DNA of 64,000 nt from contig OX597820.1 of the NCBI GenBank assembly GCA_951406725.2, positions 104,160,001 to 104,224,000 of the forward strand. The letters are read 5' to 3'. Below the pieces are notes generated by a model. That model ran no database searches. It saw only the letters and a program-made list of their open reading frames with translations, and was not told where the DNA came from. How positions within the stretch are numbered: position 1 is the stretch's first letter; each line of letters begins with the position of its first letter. Shown in pieces: positions 49,150 to 61,187 of the stretch. Origin of the DNA: Octopus vulgaris. Lineage: Eukaryota. The position numbers were made by a program, and so were the translations under genes.

Positions 49150-51102
49150 CCTGCAGTCAAGGAAATTTGTTGACAATGCAGTAGTGATTATTTATCGTTT
49201 GGATTTATTCCCTCTCCTCAGAGCTGTCAGTTACCAATTTGCCATCAAACATTGACCAATGAAGCAATGAAACCTTCACGCTTCAAGTCTCACTTTGAAG
49301 CAAAGTATTCTGACAAGGCGCACAAGCCGTTATCATACTTTTGGCAACTGAGCTCCTCTTTCAAAAAGCAAATACAAACATTCAACACGCTACTCCAGGA
49401 AACTAGTAAACAGGAGAATGACGGGTTGATTGCATCGTACAACATTGATTTGCTTGTTGCTAAGTCTGTGAAGTTTCACGCAATTGGAGAAACATTACTT
49501 CACCCAGTTATCAAAGGGGTTTTGTCATTCGTTATGCATGAAAACCCTGATAACATTATGAAGAAGATACCACATAGTAATAACACGATTTCTTAACGCA
49601 TCGATGAAATGGTCAACGATGTCAAACATCAGCTCATTAATATTCTCTAGCGTTCTGAATTTTCTATACAAGTGGATGAGTCAACTGTTGTGGAAATCAA
49701 TGATTGATGATAGTATATGTTCAGTATTTCAGCGAAGACCTTCAACCTTGTGAGGAAATGCTGTTCACAGAGAAATTACTGCTTGATTGAAAAGGCGCAG
49801 CTATTTTTCACACTCTCAAGGCCTTCCTTTTTGAACGTAGTATCTCATTCACTAATATTCTTGCCTTTGTGTCTGATGAAGCCCCTTCAATGATAAGATG
49901 ATACAGAGGTTTTTTTCATCTCTCCTAAATCATGAAATTTCCAACCAGATACTAACTGTTCATTGCTTGACACACCGGCAACATTTAGTGGCAAAAAATA
50001 TGAACGGTAGATTGAATAATGCGCTACACTTAGTTATGAAGACTGTGAACAAATTTAAGTCCAGTCACTTGTCTGATCAAATTTTCCGTCAACTCTGAGA
50101 AATAATGAGGACTATACTAAACTCTTATACCATACTGAAGTGCAGTGGCTATCAAAAAGAAACTGTTTCTTATAATCATATCTTTCTTTGAAGATACTCC
50201 ACTTTCCGCTTCATTGATGGATGCAAGATGCGATATCTTTTTTTCTTTGTGATACATTCACAAAATTAAATGATTTGAATAAGTTATTGCAAAGAAACAG
50301 AAAAACTCTCGTCGATTGTAAATCATTTATCACCACCTTCATTTCGAAATTTATGTTGTATAAGACTAACATTTCAAAACGTCAATTTCATAAATTTCCA
50401 GAAGTTGATTCTTTGAAAGATGAATTGGTTGATGAGGATTTAACTACATATCGCAACTATTTACAATCATTGCACGATGGCATGTTGGAGCGATTTCAAG
50501 ATGTTATTGCGCTGAATATTCCAAATTGGTAAAGCAATCCGTTTGAGGTCGATGCAGTTGATTGCGTGAACGATGTTCAGTAGGAATTGATAGAATTACA
50601 AAATGACAATGATACCACGATGCGATATCGCCATAATGGCAAAGAAGGTTTGTGGTACCATCAAAGTATATTGAATTCCTACCCAAAGTCTGTTGAAACG
50701 TCTGAAATTACTTTTGCTTGCCTTCCCTACCTCGTACCTGGTTGAATCTGGTTTTAGCCATGTTGGAACTTTACTTTTTCATAAACAAATTGGACTGGAT
50801 GTCACACAACGAGGAAACTTGCGGCTAAAGTTGACAAGTTTGAAACCGAATGTATCTGCACTAGCTGCATCGCACCAGACACATGATTCTCATTAAAAAG
50901 TTGTATTCTTTTCCTTTATAATACAATCATTAATTATTTTTGCATCGGGTAACGAGTCTACGATATAGTCTGTGTGTCAAATGATACCTCTCCTAGGGAG
51001 GGTTGTGTCAGGGTTTTTTTTTTTTAAGGTGGGCAATGGAGCATTTTTTGGCCAATAGGTGGGTGATATTGCAATTTGACGTGAAAAGTTTGGGAAACAC
51101 TG
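49150..51102 (+). mobile_element. hAT Buster/Charlie (ZBED8/SCAND3-like) transposon fossil
   Basis: Fragments NEAMKPSRFKSHF, AIGETLLHP, SIQVDEST, HCLTHRQHL and FPTSYLVESGFS; right TIR gggaaacactg ends at 51102; many stops. Confidence 0.9.
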
Positions 51103-51684
51103 CTTCAATGGTTAAACTTATTCTATTTTGTTAACTATTCTCAAAACACGTGATTTTTTTTTTTTTTTTTTTTTTTTTGGCACGCGCGGTGGGGAATTTT
51201 TACTTGAAAGAATATCTGTCCACTGTATGAATACATGCACAATCACGCACATTTTTACTTCTGACATGAGTGTCTTTTAAGGGAGTCTCACACAGCTTTT
51301 TAATTGCTTCAAAAATAGCTGCTTTAAAATCTATTTAATTGTCAATATACTTTAAACAACAATTTCTTGAGACTGCAATTGGCTGTAAATTACTTCAACG
51401 TATGACATAATCTGATGAAAAAACTCCGACCAGAATATGAATTTTTCATTATTCAGGTAAAATATAATTCCTATTGCTTCTGATCTCCATTTGACATGAC
51501 TGTATTTCAGCGAAGCAGCTTTTTAAAGTTTCCATACTGTAGAAAATGAACACGGATACGCATACGCTGTGGTAATCTTTGGGGAAATGATACAGCCGAA
51601 ATGTTAGAGGAAAATATTTTTGTGTTTTCATGTAATATTTGATACATTTCTCATTATTAGATTCAGTTTGTGTGCACAATACTG

Positions 51685-52100
51685 GGATCTTTTCGGTTTG
51701 AACGACAGTTTTTTAAAATAATTTCCACGTAACTAAACTCTTTTAAACTTCGTATAATGGTAGAATGTGTTTATAAAACATCTTTTTCTCTTGGCTTTAT
51801 TGAGAAAATTTTATAGTTTGTAAGATATTTGTTGGGGTTTTTTTCTTCAATTTCTGCAATTTCAACCAATCAATGACATCTATTGAGGTGAAAACTTTCT
51901 GTGCCGTATGAATATGTCCCTCGTTTAAGAAACAGATTGGGTTTATTTACATTTCTGAAGGAAAAAAAAATATACCCTTCCCCCCACCCCTAACCCTAAA
52001 ACAGATTGAGATGCAATAGATCAATACTAGGGTCATAATTATGGGTGACAATTTCATATGACACCGCTAGAAAAAACTGCCGTTCAAACCAAAAAGATCC
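51685..52100. mobile_element. MITE, same family as 13789-14190, inverted; 8-bp TSD caatactg
   Basis: TSD at 51677 and 52101; TIRs ggatcttttcggtttgaac / gttcaaaccaaaaagatcc. Confidence 0.9.
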
Positions 52101-52299
52101 CAATACTGAATGAAATGTTCATTATTATAAACTACTTTCAGGTTTACTCGAAGTCGCACACACTTTTTTATTTTCTTTTGCTTTTCTTGACATTTGCATC
52201 ATCAAGTATCTGTGTTATTAGTTTTCATCTGTTTCCTTCGAAGGATTATGTCTAATTGCTCAAGCATATATTTTGATCTGATACGCTATAGTTTGGGTT

Positions 52300-52990
52300 T
52301 CCTAGAATAAAGAATAATAAATTCTCAAATATTCCTTCATTATGCACGGACAATAGAACAATTACCATTTAACTTTTTTTCTGAAACATCTTTTGTGTCA
52401 TCATCCATGACAGATATAAATGAAACCTCTTGAATATCTTTCTTTATCACATCATGGTATGTCTCCAGCAAGTCAATGTTTATCTCATTTTGAATAGTCT
52501 TAGAAATACCTTTGAAAATTATTGGTTTCTGAATAGTTCTCTAAATCAGGGTCTAATTTAGATACAAAATTCATTAATCCCATAATTACACCTGGATTTA
52601 TTAATTCCATAATTACACCATTTTCATCTCGTATACGTAAAGATATATCAAAGTTTCTACAAAATGTAATACAGTGCCTCAGCATGGCTGCAGTCAAACG
52701 ACTGTAACAAAGAAGAGTCTATCATCTGGGATAAAATTTCACGGTTCTTGATAACCTTCCTGTTATATTCATTAATTAAAAGTCTATAGGTTTCACTAAG
52801 TTTTTCTTTAATATTTACTCTCCCTAAAAAACGAAATGAAACCACATTTTCAATATTCTTCTTTACCTTTTTGGTTTTTTTCCTTTTTCTTTCGTTTTGT
52901 TCATATTTTTAAAACCACATTTTATCCATGTTATAAAATCACTTTCAAACAACAAACACGGAAAACAAAATAATGCATCTTTCTTTTTTT
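52300..52990 (-). mobile_element. hAT transposase fossil (ZMYM1/DUF4371-like)
   Basis: NRKVIKNREIL...LRIRDE...NPGVIMGLMNF...ISKTIQNE; interrupted by a SINE C tail fragment at about 52672-52718. Confidence 0.65.
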
Positions 52991-53471
52991 TTTTATTTCA
53001 CAACCACACTATTAAATTGCTCAAGTTCACTCAGTATCACAGAAGTTGTTCCTTAGAGAAGCAAGAAGGCCATGATTATTCATTCAAATTCTTATACTCT
53101 TTTACATGGGACTTATTCTTTGTAAGCCCAGTACTTATTCTATCGGTCTCTTTGGCCGAACCGCTAAGTGACGGGGACGTAATCACACCAGCATCGGTTG
53201 TCAAGCAATGCTAGGGGGACAAACACAAACACATACACACACATACATATATATATGTATAATTTGTGAAATAGAAAGATGAATAATCTTGTAGCAGATT
53301 AATCAAAAGTTTAACCGATACCTTGGTAGCAAAAATCACAGCAGAAGACAGCACGGTTGGAGGTACAACCATATGGTGTTGCAACCGTGCGTTGGTGCGG
53401 ATAATTGAAATTAAAATATTATTGGTGAATTGAAGAAATGGAGCTGAACGAAGATTGAACAGAAATCGTTT

Positions 53472-53564
53472 TATTTCATTCTACACGTGTTTCGAAAGGC
53501 ACAATTTACCAAAATCCGATTGAATAATGAGACCATATTGTGTCTTTCTCTTCAGGAAGAAATA
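53472..53564 (-). ncRNA. Type I minimal hammerhead ribozyme (left arm, minus strand)
   Basis: Reverse complement of 53735-53827. Confidence 0.85.
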
Positions 53565-53734
53565 GGAAATCCGTTGGAAAAACAAAAACAGAACAGAGGC
53601 AGAGCAAAACAAATCGAACTAGGCTCCTAAGAGCCCATGGCAAAACGAGTTTTGCCATGGGCTCTTAGGAGCCTAGTTAGTTCGATTTGTTTTGCTCTGC
53701 CTCTGTTCTGTTTTTGTTTTTTCCAACGGATTTC

Positions 53735-53827
53735 TATTTCTTCCTGAAGAGAAAGACACAATATGGTCTCATTATTCAATCGGATTTTGGTAAATTGTGC
53801 CTTTCGAAACACGTGTAGAATGAAATA
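53735..53827 (+). ncRNA. Type I minimal hammerhead ribozyme (right arm)
   Basis: Stem I tatttc-ttc/gaa-t-gaaata; core CUGAAGA 53744-53750; stem II gaaagacacaat/attgtgcctttc; GAAA 53806-53809; palindromic stem III ACACGTGT; GUA cleavage triplet ending 53817. Confidence 0.85.
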
Positions 53828-53879
53828 AAACGATTTCTGTTCAATCTTCGTTCAGCTCCATTTCTTCAATTCACCAATA

Positions 53880-53913
<34 letters not shown>

Positions 53914-54753
53914 CGACAGGCTTCTTTCAGTTTCCGTCTACCAAATCCACTCACCAGGTTTTGGTCGGCCCGAGGCTATAGCAGAAGACACTTGCCCAAG
54001 ATGCCACGCAGTGGGACTGAACCTGGAACCATGTGGTTGGTTAGCAAGCTACTTACCACACAGCCACTCCTTAAATAGTACCCTTAAATATGATATTATA
54101 TCATGTCCGTTGTATCACCAGGATGAAGTGTAAACATATCTACCCAGCCTGTTCGTCCCGCTTACCTCTAGGACATGTGCATAAAAATACACGACAAAGC
54201 AAACACCCCCATCATTGGAACTGCGGAGTAGGCAGTTCCACATTCAGGGATATTGTTATTTTGAAAACTGATAATTAAGCTTAAGGATTGCTAGTGATAG
54301 CATTAAATAACTTATACAATTATAAAAATAAATAAATAAACGTATATTATGAATGGGAGATACTACAGACGAGCTGCCACTAGTAAATTACCAAAAGTAT
54401 CTCCCCCAATTTTGGGGAATCTTCTTTTACTCTTCTTCTGAACAATGATGGCTCTGCAAGCAGAGTCTCCATAAGATAAAAAGCTTCCACTGCTTGTTTT
54501 CCAACCAACTTTGCACAACACACTACTGGGCCATCTTCTTTCAATTTCTCTCCCCGCCTCCAACTCTCCACCAGGGGTTCCCTATCCATCATACGCGCTA
54601 AGTGCAGAAATACTTCTGGTTCTTTCCAACGGAGAAAGCCAACGTAACAATGTTCACTCCTTAACACTAAAACATTGCATCCCCAGAATTTCACCAAGCT
54701 TTTTAATCTTCTACTCTTAAAGGAATATATCCTCACATTAAAAATATACCAAA

Positions 54754-55152
54754 CTAGCAGTATCGCCCGGCGTTGCTCGGGTTTGTAAGGGAAATAACTA
54801 TATAAGCATTTTTAGAGATGTAAAGTATAATGGCCATCTAGGTATGGCTAACCACAAAGGGGGCGGGGTGTTACTGTAGCTTTTTACTTTCTGAGATTTA
54901 ATAATAAATTTTTAGAGAGTTACTTCCCTTATATATGCCAAAAATGCATTAAAAATGGGAAAAATTGATGGTAATTTTTTTTTTTAATCGTAGACTCGTC
55001 GTAGACGCGCGCTAATACCCAGAAGGGCTCGATATGAATCACGACTCTAAGATACCCGGTTTTGGTTAAACTGCACCGCAAAATGTGGGAGTAGTTAGGA
55101 ATCTAAATCGTAGGAGACAGACAGCACACAACCTCACTTTTATATATAAAGA
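54754..55152 (-). mobile_element. Non-autonomous Helitron
   Basis: Minus strand starts A|TCtttatatataaa and ends with hairpin cccgagc-aac-gccggg then CTAG|T. Confidence 0.8.
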
Positions 55153-56049
55153 TATTCAATGGAATTTGTTTTGTTCAATAATTTCTCAGCAAACAGAATT
55201 CACCAGAAATTTCAAATGCCGTGTATACCTCATTTAAGATAAAACATCCATATACATTTGATTACATTGTACTTGCAGCTGTGCTTCACGAGAACCTAAT
55301 TCGGATTATAACCTCGTTCTATACACTATGTATGTGCGTGTGTGTGTATGTGTGTGTGTGTACATGTCCACACACGCAAGTAAGTTGAGTTTTACATACG
55401 GGAGATATAGAGCGCAAATACACGAATCAAAATAAGAGTAACGCAGGAGCTTAAAAGATTTGCGCAATTACACTAATCAAAATAGACAATAAATAAATAA
55501 ATAAGATATTAAATATATATACAGCAAAAGAATATATATATATACATAGCGAACATCCTAGAACTGTCTGGAAAATTACCGGTACACGAAATTTAAAAAC
55601 TCATTTGATCATTATAAATATTCCGTGGAAAAATTTTGCATACACATACACAGATCTATGCATAAATACATACATAATTATCTGCTAATACAGCTACATA
55701 GAGTCATGCACACCCAAATGCATAGCATGTGCATGTGTATATCTGGTGCATGCACTCATATGCTGATATATTATGCAATATATAATTATAAATAAATGGT
55801 TTGTATATATTTTCACGTGTATATTGTTTGTGGGGGGACACGTGCCCTTCAGCCACCACTCCCTTGCGTCTGCCCCTGAGTCACGCAGTGAATCTGAACC
55901 CGGGACCATGTAGTTGGGAACCAAGGAGAGAAACAATTATACAGATAAACAAATTATACACACCAAATATAATAGATACACGCCTATGTATTAACTACGT
56001 TTTTTTTTTCGTTTGTAGATACAACTAATCATAGAGCATAGCACCCACA

Positions 56050-56720
56050 CACATGCATGTATGTATATGTCTAAGCAGATATAAGTGTGTATGTATATGT
56101 GTGTGGTGTATGTTTCGCTGCGTATGAATGATCGTATGCGTATAGGTATATATGTATCCATGTATGTATGTATGCATTTATGTATGTATGCATGTATCCA
56201 TGTATGTATGTATGTATCCATGTATGTATGTATCCATGTATGTATGTATGCATGCATGTATGCATGTATGTATGCATGCATGTATGTATGCAGATATGCA
56301 TGTATGCACGTCTAGCTGTATTTGTGTGTTTGTGAATGTTAAAAGAGAAAGAAAGAATGTGTACGTACGTTTACAGTCAGGCCAAAGTTACATGTCAACA
56401 ATATTATTTTATTTCACTTTCTCTTTCTTTTTTCTATGTTCTGTCTTTCCCCCCTCCCTGTCTCTTTCACTTTCTCTTACACACACATCAACTCTCTCTC
56501 TCTCTCTCTCACGCACGCACACACACACACACACACACACACGTTATATGCATCGGTATTTACCCGCTCAAGTTTGCGGGCGTGAATGCATCAGAATTTA
56601 TAAAGAGCATGTCGCGCCGTCTGCATAGATAAATCTTGTATCTATGCATGCATGTATGTATGCATGCATGCATGCATGTATGTATGTATGCATGTATGTA
56701 TACACAAGTGCAGGCCTAGC
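56050..56720. repeat. (TATG)/(CATG)/(CA)/(CT) microsatellite field
   Basis: Directly visible. Confidence 0.9.
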
Positions 56721-57057
56721 TTATGTGTCGGTATTTGTATGCGTGTATGCAAACGCACGCACCCGTGTGTTATTGTGTTTGAATATGCGTAACTGCGTAT
56801 GCACAAGTACTGCCAGTTAACCGCGCAAGTGTACGCTTATATATACATTTATATGTGTGTAAGTGAAATTTTTCCACGGAATATTTTCCTTTGCATGCAG
56901 AGAGTTTTGAATTTCGTGTAATGTGGTCATGTGACCGATAAAACTTTTACTTCTTTTTCATGGTAGTTCTAGAATGTTCGATTTTCTATGCGATAGAGAT
57001 TCATTATTTTCATTCTTCTATCCGTAATCCAAAATTAGATCTCTCTCTCTCTCTCTC

Positions 57058-57094
<37 letters not shown>

Positions 57095-57306
57095 GACTGC
57101 TCTACATCTTAGAGCGTGCTTCTTTCAGATATATGTTTTTTACAAACTATATATATATATATCGATAGTTTGAGAGAGGCTTTTCCCCTCCATATTTTTG
57201 AAGAGGTCTTAGTGTTTTGGGGTCTGAAGATATGTCATAAGGCTAAACCCTTTGTGTGCGAGAAAGCCAGGGTAACCCCATAAACCGCCCCCCTCCCCCA
57301 TATATA

Positions 57307-57491
57307 GGGAGAATTCACAAAAAAAAGACGAAGACATGTGGTGTAGACAACAAACAGGTGTATTAGTATAACGCTCGGGAAGTGAAAAAGTCTTTAACGT
57401 TTCGAGCCTACGCTCTTCCACAGAAAAGAACACGGAAAGAAACAAGGAGAGAAAATTAAGAATGTGTAGTGACAAGCGATCTAGCATGGCG

Positions 57492-57492
<1 letters not shown>
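57307..57492 (-). mobile_element. TA-flanked Penelope-like pLTR fragment with variant hammerhead motif
   Basis: Minus strand reads ctgtgga-a-gagc-gtag-gctc-gaaa-cgtt-aaaga; bounded by TA runs. Confidence 0.55.
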
Positions 57493-57525
<33 letters not shown>

Positions 57526-57990
57526 ATATATATATGTGTGTGTGTGTGTATATATGTATGTATATATGTGTGTGTGTGTGTATATATGTATGTATATGTG
57601 TGTGTGTGTGTGTATGTATGTATATATGTATGTGTGTGTGTATATGTATGTATATATGTATGTGTGTGTGTGTGTATATATATGTATGTATATATGTATG
57701 TGTGTGTGTGCGTGCGTATGTATGTATGTATGTATGCATATATATATAAATATAGATATATACAAATATACTTACAAACATACATACATACATTGCGTCA
57801 TTGATGGATAGTTAGATAGATAGATAGATAGATAGATAGATGGAAAGACAGATATACTTTAAAATAAAATTTGTATATTCCACAAACACGAGAATTTATG
57901 TGTGCATGCATGCATATATGTATGTATGCATGTATATAATATATATATGTATGTATGTATGCATACATACATATGTGTATGTATACTGTG
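57493..57990. repeat. Compound (TA)/(TG)/(TATG)/(GATA) microsatellite
   Basis: Directly visible. Confidence 0.95.
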
Positions 57991-58120
57991 TGGTAAGAAG
58001 CTTGCGTCTCAACCATATGGTTACGGGTTCAGTTCCGCTGTGTGGCACCTTGTGAGTGGATTTGGTAGACGAAAACTGAAAGACACCCGTCATATTATAT
58101 ATACACACACATATATACAT

Positions 58121-58175
<55 letters not shown>

Positions 58176-58387
58176 CCAATTAAGGACTGAACACGAAAAG
58201 TGTACAGTCAACATGCTAGATATAGACGTCAAATCGCCATTCTCCACAAAGATTATGTTCTCAAATAAAACTCATATATAAATATTTTAATCTTCGGATT
58301 CTTTTTAATATGCTAGACCACTAGTTTTAATTGACTAATATCAATTTCTACCCTTAATTAATTATATATATATATATACATATATAT

Positions 58388-58690
58388 ATAATCACTCGCC
58401 ATATCGCGGTTCACTTATCGCACCTTCAGTACATCGCGGATTGTTGGGGCTCGTACTCCTCAGTGCATCGCGAGGTTTTGCGGCCGATAGATATTTATAT
58501 TTTTTTAGATTTTAATTATTTCTGTGGTAAAATAAGCTTGTTCACGTCTAAAAAGTGATAAGCTAATAAATAAAAGTACAGTAAGTACGGTACAGAAATG
58601 TGTTGTCCGAGATTTATAATGCCAATTAACAGCTGAATATCAGTTGTTTCCCCGATTTGAGGAGGTTCTCTCCGAAAACGAGAATTTTTA
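58388..58690. mobile_element. pogo/Tigger-like MITE fragment
   Basis: Starts taatcactcgccatatcgcggtt with repeated atcgcg motifs. Confidence 0.45.
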
Positions 58691-58729
58691 CTTTGTGGTT
58701 TATCATTGGGAAATCCTTTTCTAAATTAT

Positions 58730-59640
58730 AATTTAAAATTCATTGCGTTTATAGCCTGACAAAGAAAGGCTTGCTTCGATGTTGTTTACCAAGTGTGTAT
58801 TATTGGTGAACAAAACGTCCAATGTATTATACTTCCGTTTGTGGACTGTATTGCTAGTTGGTGTTTGTAGTCGTCTTGGGTGGCAGTGATTAGCGCCAAA
58901 ATAACCAGACGTACGACGTTGGCATAAATGTTGCATAATTGTCAAAGACTCTTCAAAACAGACACGACGAAGAATGAAGCTCTCTCAAGAGGTTTATCAA
59001 TGGTGGTATGTTTTTCTTCTGTGCCACGAGAACGATCAGTAACCTATATATACTGTTGGCATAAAGAAGGAACAATCTGTCATCGAGGTCTTCAGAGCTA
59101 CTCCACCATTCTTTCTGGATCGATGGCCTGATCTATATATCTTAAAGCTTGTTTTGTGCTCCATGGTCTCTCGTACTTCTAATATGAGACGGGGCTGTTA
59201 ACTCAACTATAATGTCCTGGTTTGATCTAAGAAAAGAATGTTGTCACCTCTTTTTCTTATAGATCTGTTGGAGATCGTTCTCCTCTACTTAACTTAGGTA
59301 TGAAACCAAATCCACAGACCTGTTGCTGGTCAGACGAATGTCTAATCCTTTATGTCTTATCTCTATGAGAATAATCTGACCTTCGGTGGTCGTGGAAAGG
59401 TCAATGTTTAAGTTTGACCTATTTCTTGGCCAAACCTTTTATAACCAAATGAAAGGTTTGCTTTCTCTTTCTACAGTTTCCGACCGGCTAACTGAGAACA
59501 TCTTTTTGGTCGAATGAAAAGGGACAACGCAATTCTTACCCTTTTCTCCTTTCTGACAGCAGACCGTTAACCTAGCTTCCACATACAGGTTCCAACACAC
59601 ACTAAGAGCGCGCGGGCAACAACGTTGTCATTGTCACTTA
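58730..59640 (-). mobile_element. Decayed CR1/L2-type LINE endonuclease region
   Basis: NTLDVLFTNN motif in ORF 58733-58945. Confidence 0.45.
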
Positions 59641-59843
59641 CCACGATTACTACTAAGTTTGTGTTACTGACTACAACCGGCAAATAAAATCTTTAATGGT
59701 AACCTCGACGTAAGAACTACATTTCATATCGCAATAGATCCTTCGGACAGTCAAACAAATTAAGGAACTGACTTTGGTGTGTATGACGCATTCCCTTGAT
59801 AGAATTGTGGTGGACTGTGTGGTAGAACAAGTATTTGCTTCTG

Positions 59844-59916
59844 TACATACATACATACATACATACATACATACATACATACATACATACATACATACAT
59901 ACATACATACATACAT
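59844..59916. repeat. (TACA)n microsatellite
   Basis: Directly visible. Confidence 0.97.
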
Positions 59917-59940
59917 TTGTTGTTTCTTTTTTATCATTTT

Positions 59941-60340
59941 GGGCGCAGGCGTGGCTACGTGGTAAGAAGCTTGCTTCCAACCACGTTGTTCAAGGTTCAG
60001 TCTCACTGCGTGGCACCTTGGACAAGTGTCTTCTACAATAGCCTCGAACCGACCAAAGCCTTGTGAGTGGATTTCGTAGATGGAAACTGAAAGAAACCCA
60101 ACGTGTGTGTGTGTGTGTCCACCACTACCGCTTGACAATCGGTGCTGCTGTGTATACGTCCACTTAACAGTTCGGCAAAAGATACCGATAGAGTAAGTAC
60201 CAGGCTCTAAAAAAAGCAAGTTCTGAGGTCGATACATTCGACTAAAAATTCTTCAAGGCAGTGACCCAGCGGTGACCGGTAATAAAGTCACAGGAGAAAG
60301 AACTAACAGTAATAAAGTCACAATTTTGGCTAGTAAAAGA
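59941..60340 (+). mobile_element. SINE family C variant
   Basis: Colinear with 20140-20567. Confidence 0.85.
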
Positions 60341-60347
60341 GATCACG

Positions 60348-60670
60348 TGGAGACGCAATGGCCCAGTGGTTAGGGCAGCGGACTCGCGGTCGGAGGATCG
60401 CGGTTTCGATTCCCAGACCGGGCGTTGTGTGTGTTTATTGAACGAAAACACCTAAAGCTCCACGAGGCTCTGACAGGGAGTGATGGCGACCCCTGTTGTA
60501 CTCTTTCGCCCCAATTTTCTCTCACTCTTTCTTCCTGCTTCTTGAGTAACGCTGCGATGGACTGGCGTCCCGTCCAGCTGGGGGGAACACATATTCCACA
60601 GAAACCGGGAAATCGAGCCCATGAGCCTGGCTAGGCTTGAAAAGGGCGCATAAATAAAAAATAAATGAAA
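60348..60670 (+). mobile_element. tRNA-derived SINE family E
   Basis: A box tggcccagtggttagg, B box ggtttcgattccc, non-tRNA body, A-rich tail. Confidence 0.75.
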
Positions 60671-61135
60671 AGAAGTCACAATTAATTTATGGGATCCGGG
60701 CAAAACGCCCCTAGGACAAAACCCCCTCGGACACCCACCCCCTGGACAAAACCCTCATAGTTTCCCTGTGATTTTTTTTACCTGTGACCTGGTTTGGACC
60801 CAGCATGGTTGCAGTCTAACTACTAAAACAAATTAAACATTTAACATTTTTTTTTCTTGAGTAGTTATGTAGACAAACACATTTTGTTTAGAAAAATATT
60901 CCCACTTCTTGTTCAGAAATATATTCCCACTTTTAAGAGAGTATCTGTCTTAGAAGTTTATTTTTATCTATGTCCTCGGTGAAACATTTGAAATATGTTG
61001 CTATGCTGAGGTTAAGTCACTAAGAATATTTATGGGCTGATGAGGTAATCGGAGTCATATATAAGGTGGGAGTGGTAGGGAAAATGTCAGCGAGGAGCAA
61101 GGCCAGTAAGGTTTAATTGTTCTGTCTAATAAAGT

Positions 61136-61152
61136 AGTAGTAGTATTAGAAA

Positions 61153-61186
<34 letters not shown>
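61136..61186. repeat. (AGT)n microsatellite
   Basis: Directly visible. Confidence 0.95.

Positions 61187-61187
<1 letters not shown>

Larger units (their letters stand above)
53412..53887. repeat. Near-perfect palindrome, ~235-bp arms, 2-nt centre (Penelope-like inverted pLTR)
   Basis: Arms are reverse complements except for three small indels (1, 1 and 4 nt); centre caaaac-ga-gttttg at 53641-53654. Confidence 0.95.
53094..54071 (-). mobile_element. SINE family C split by an insertion in its (TA)n tract
   Basis: Tail half at about 53094-53258 and head half at about 53888-54071 flank the palindromic insert. Confidence 0.85.

Noticed and set aside
49252-50896. Domesticated ZBED8/SCAND3-like host gene
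   Set aside because: Multiple in-frame stops and frameshifts plus a retained TIR indicate a dead transposon.
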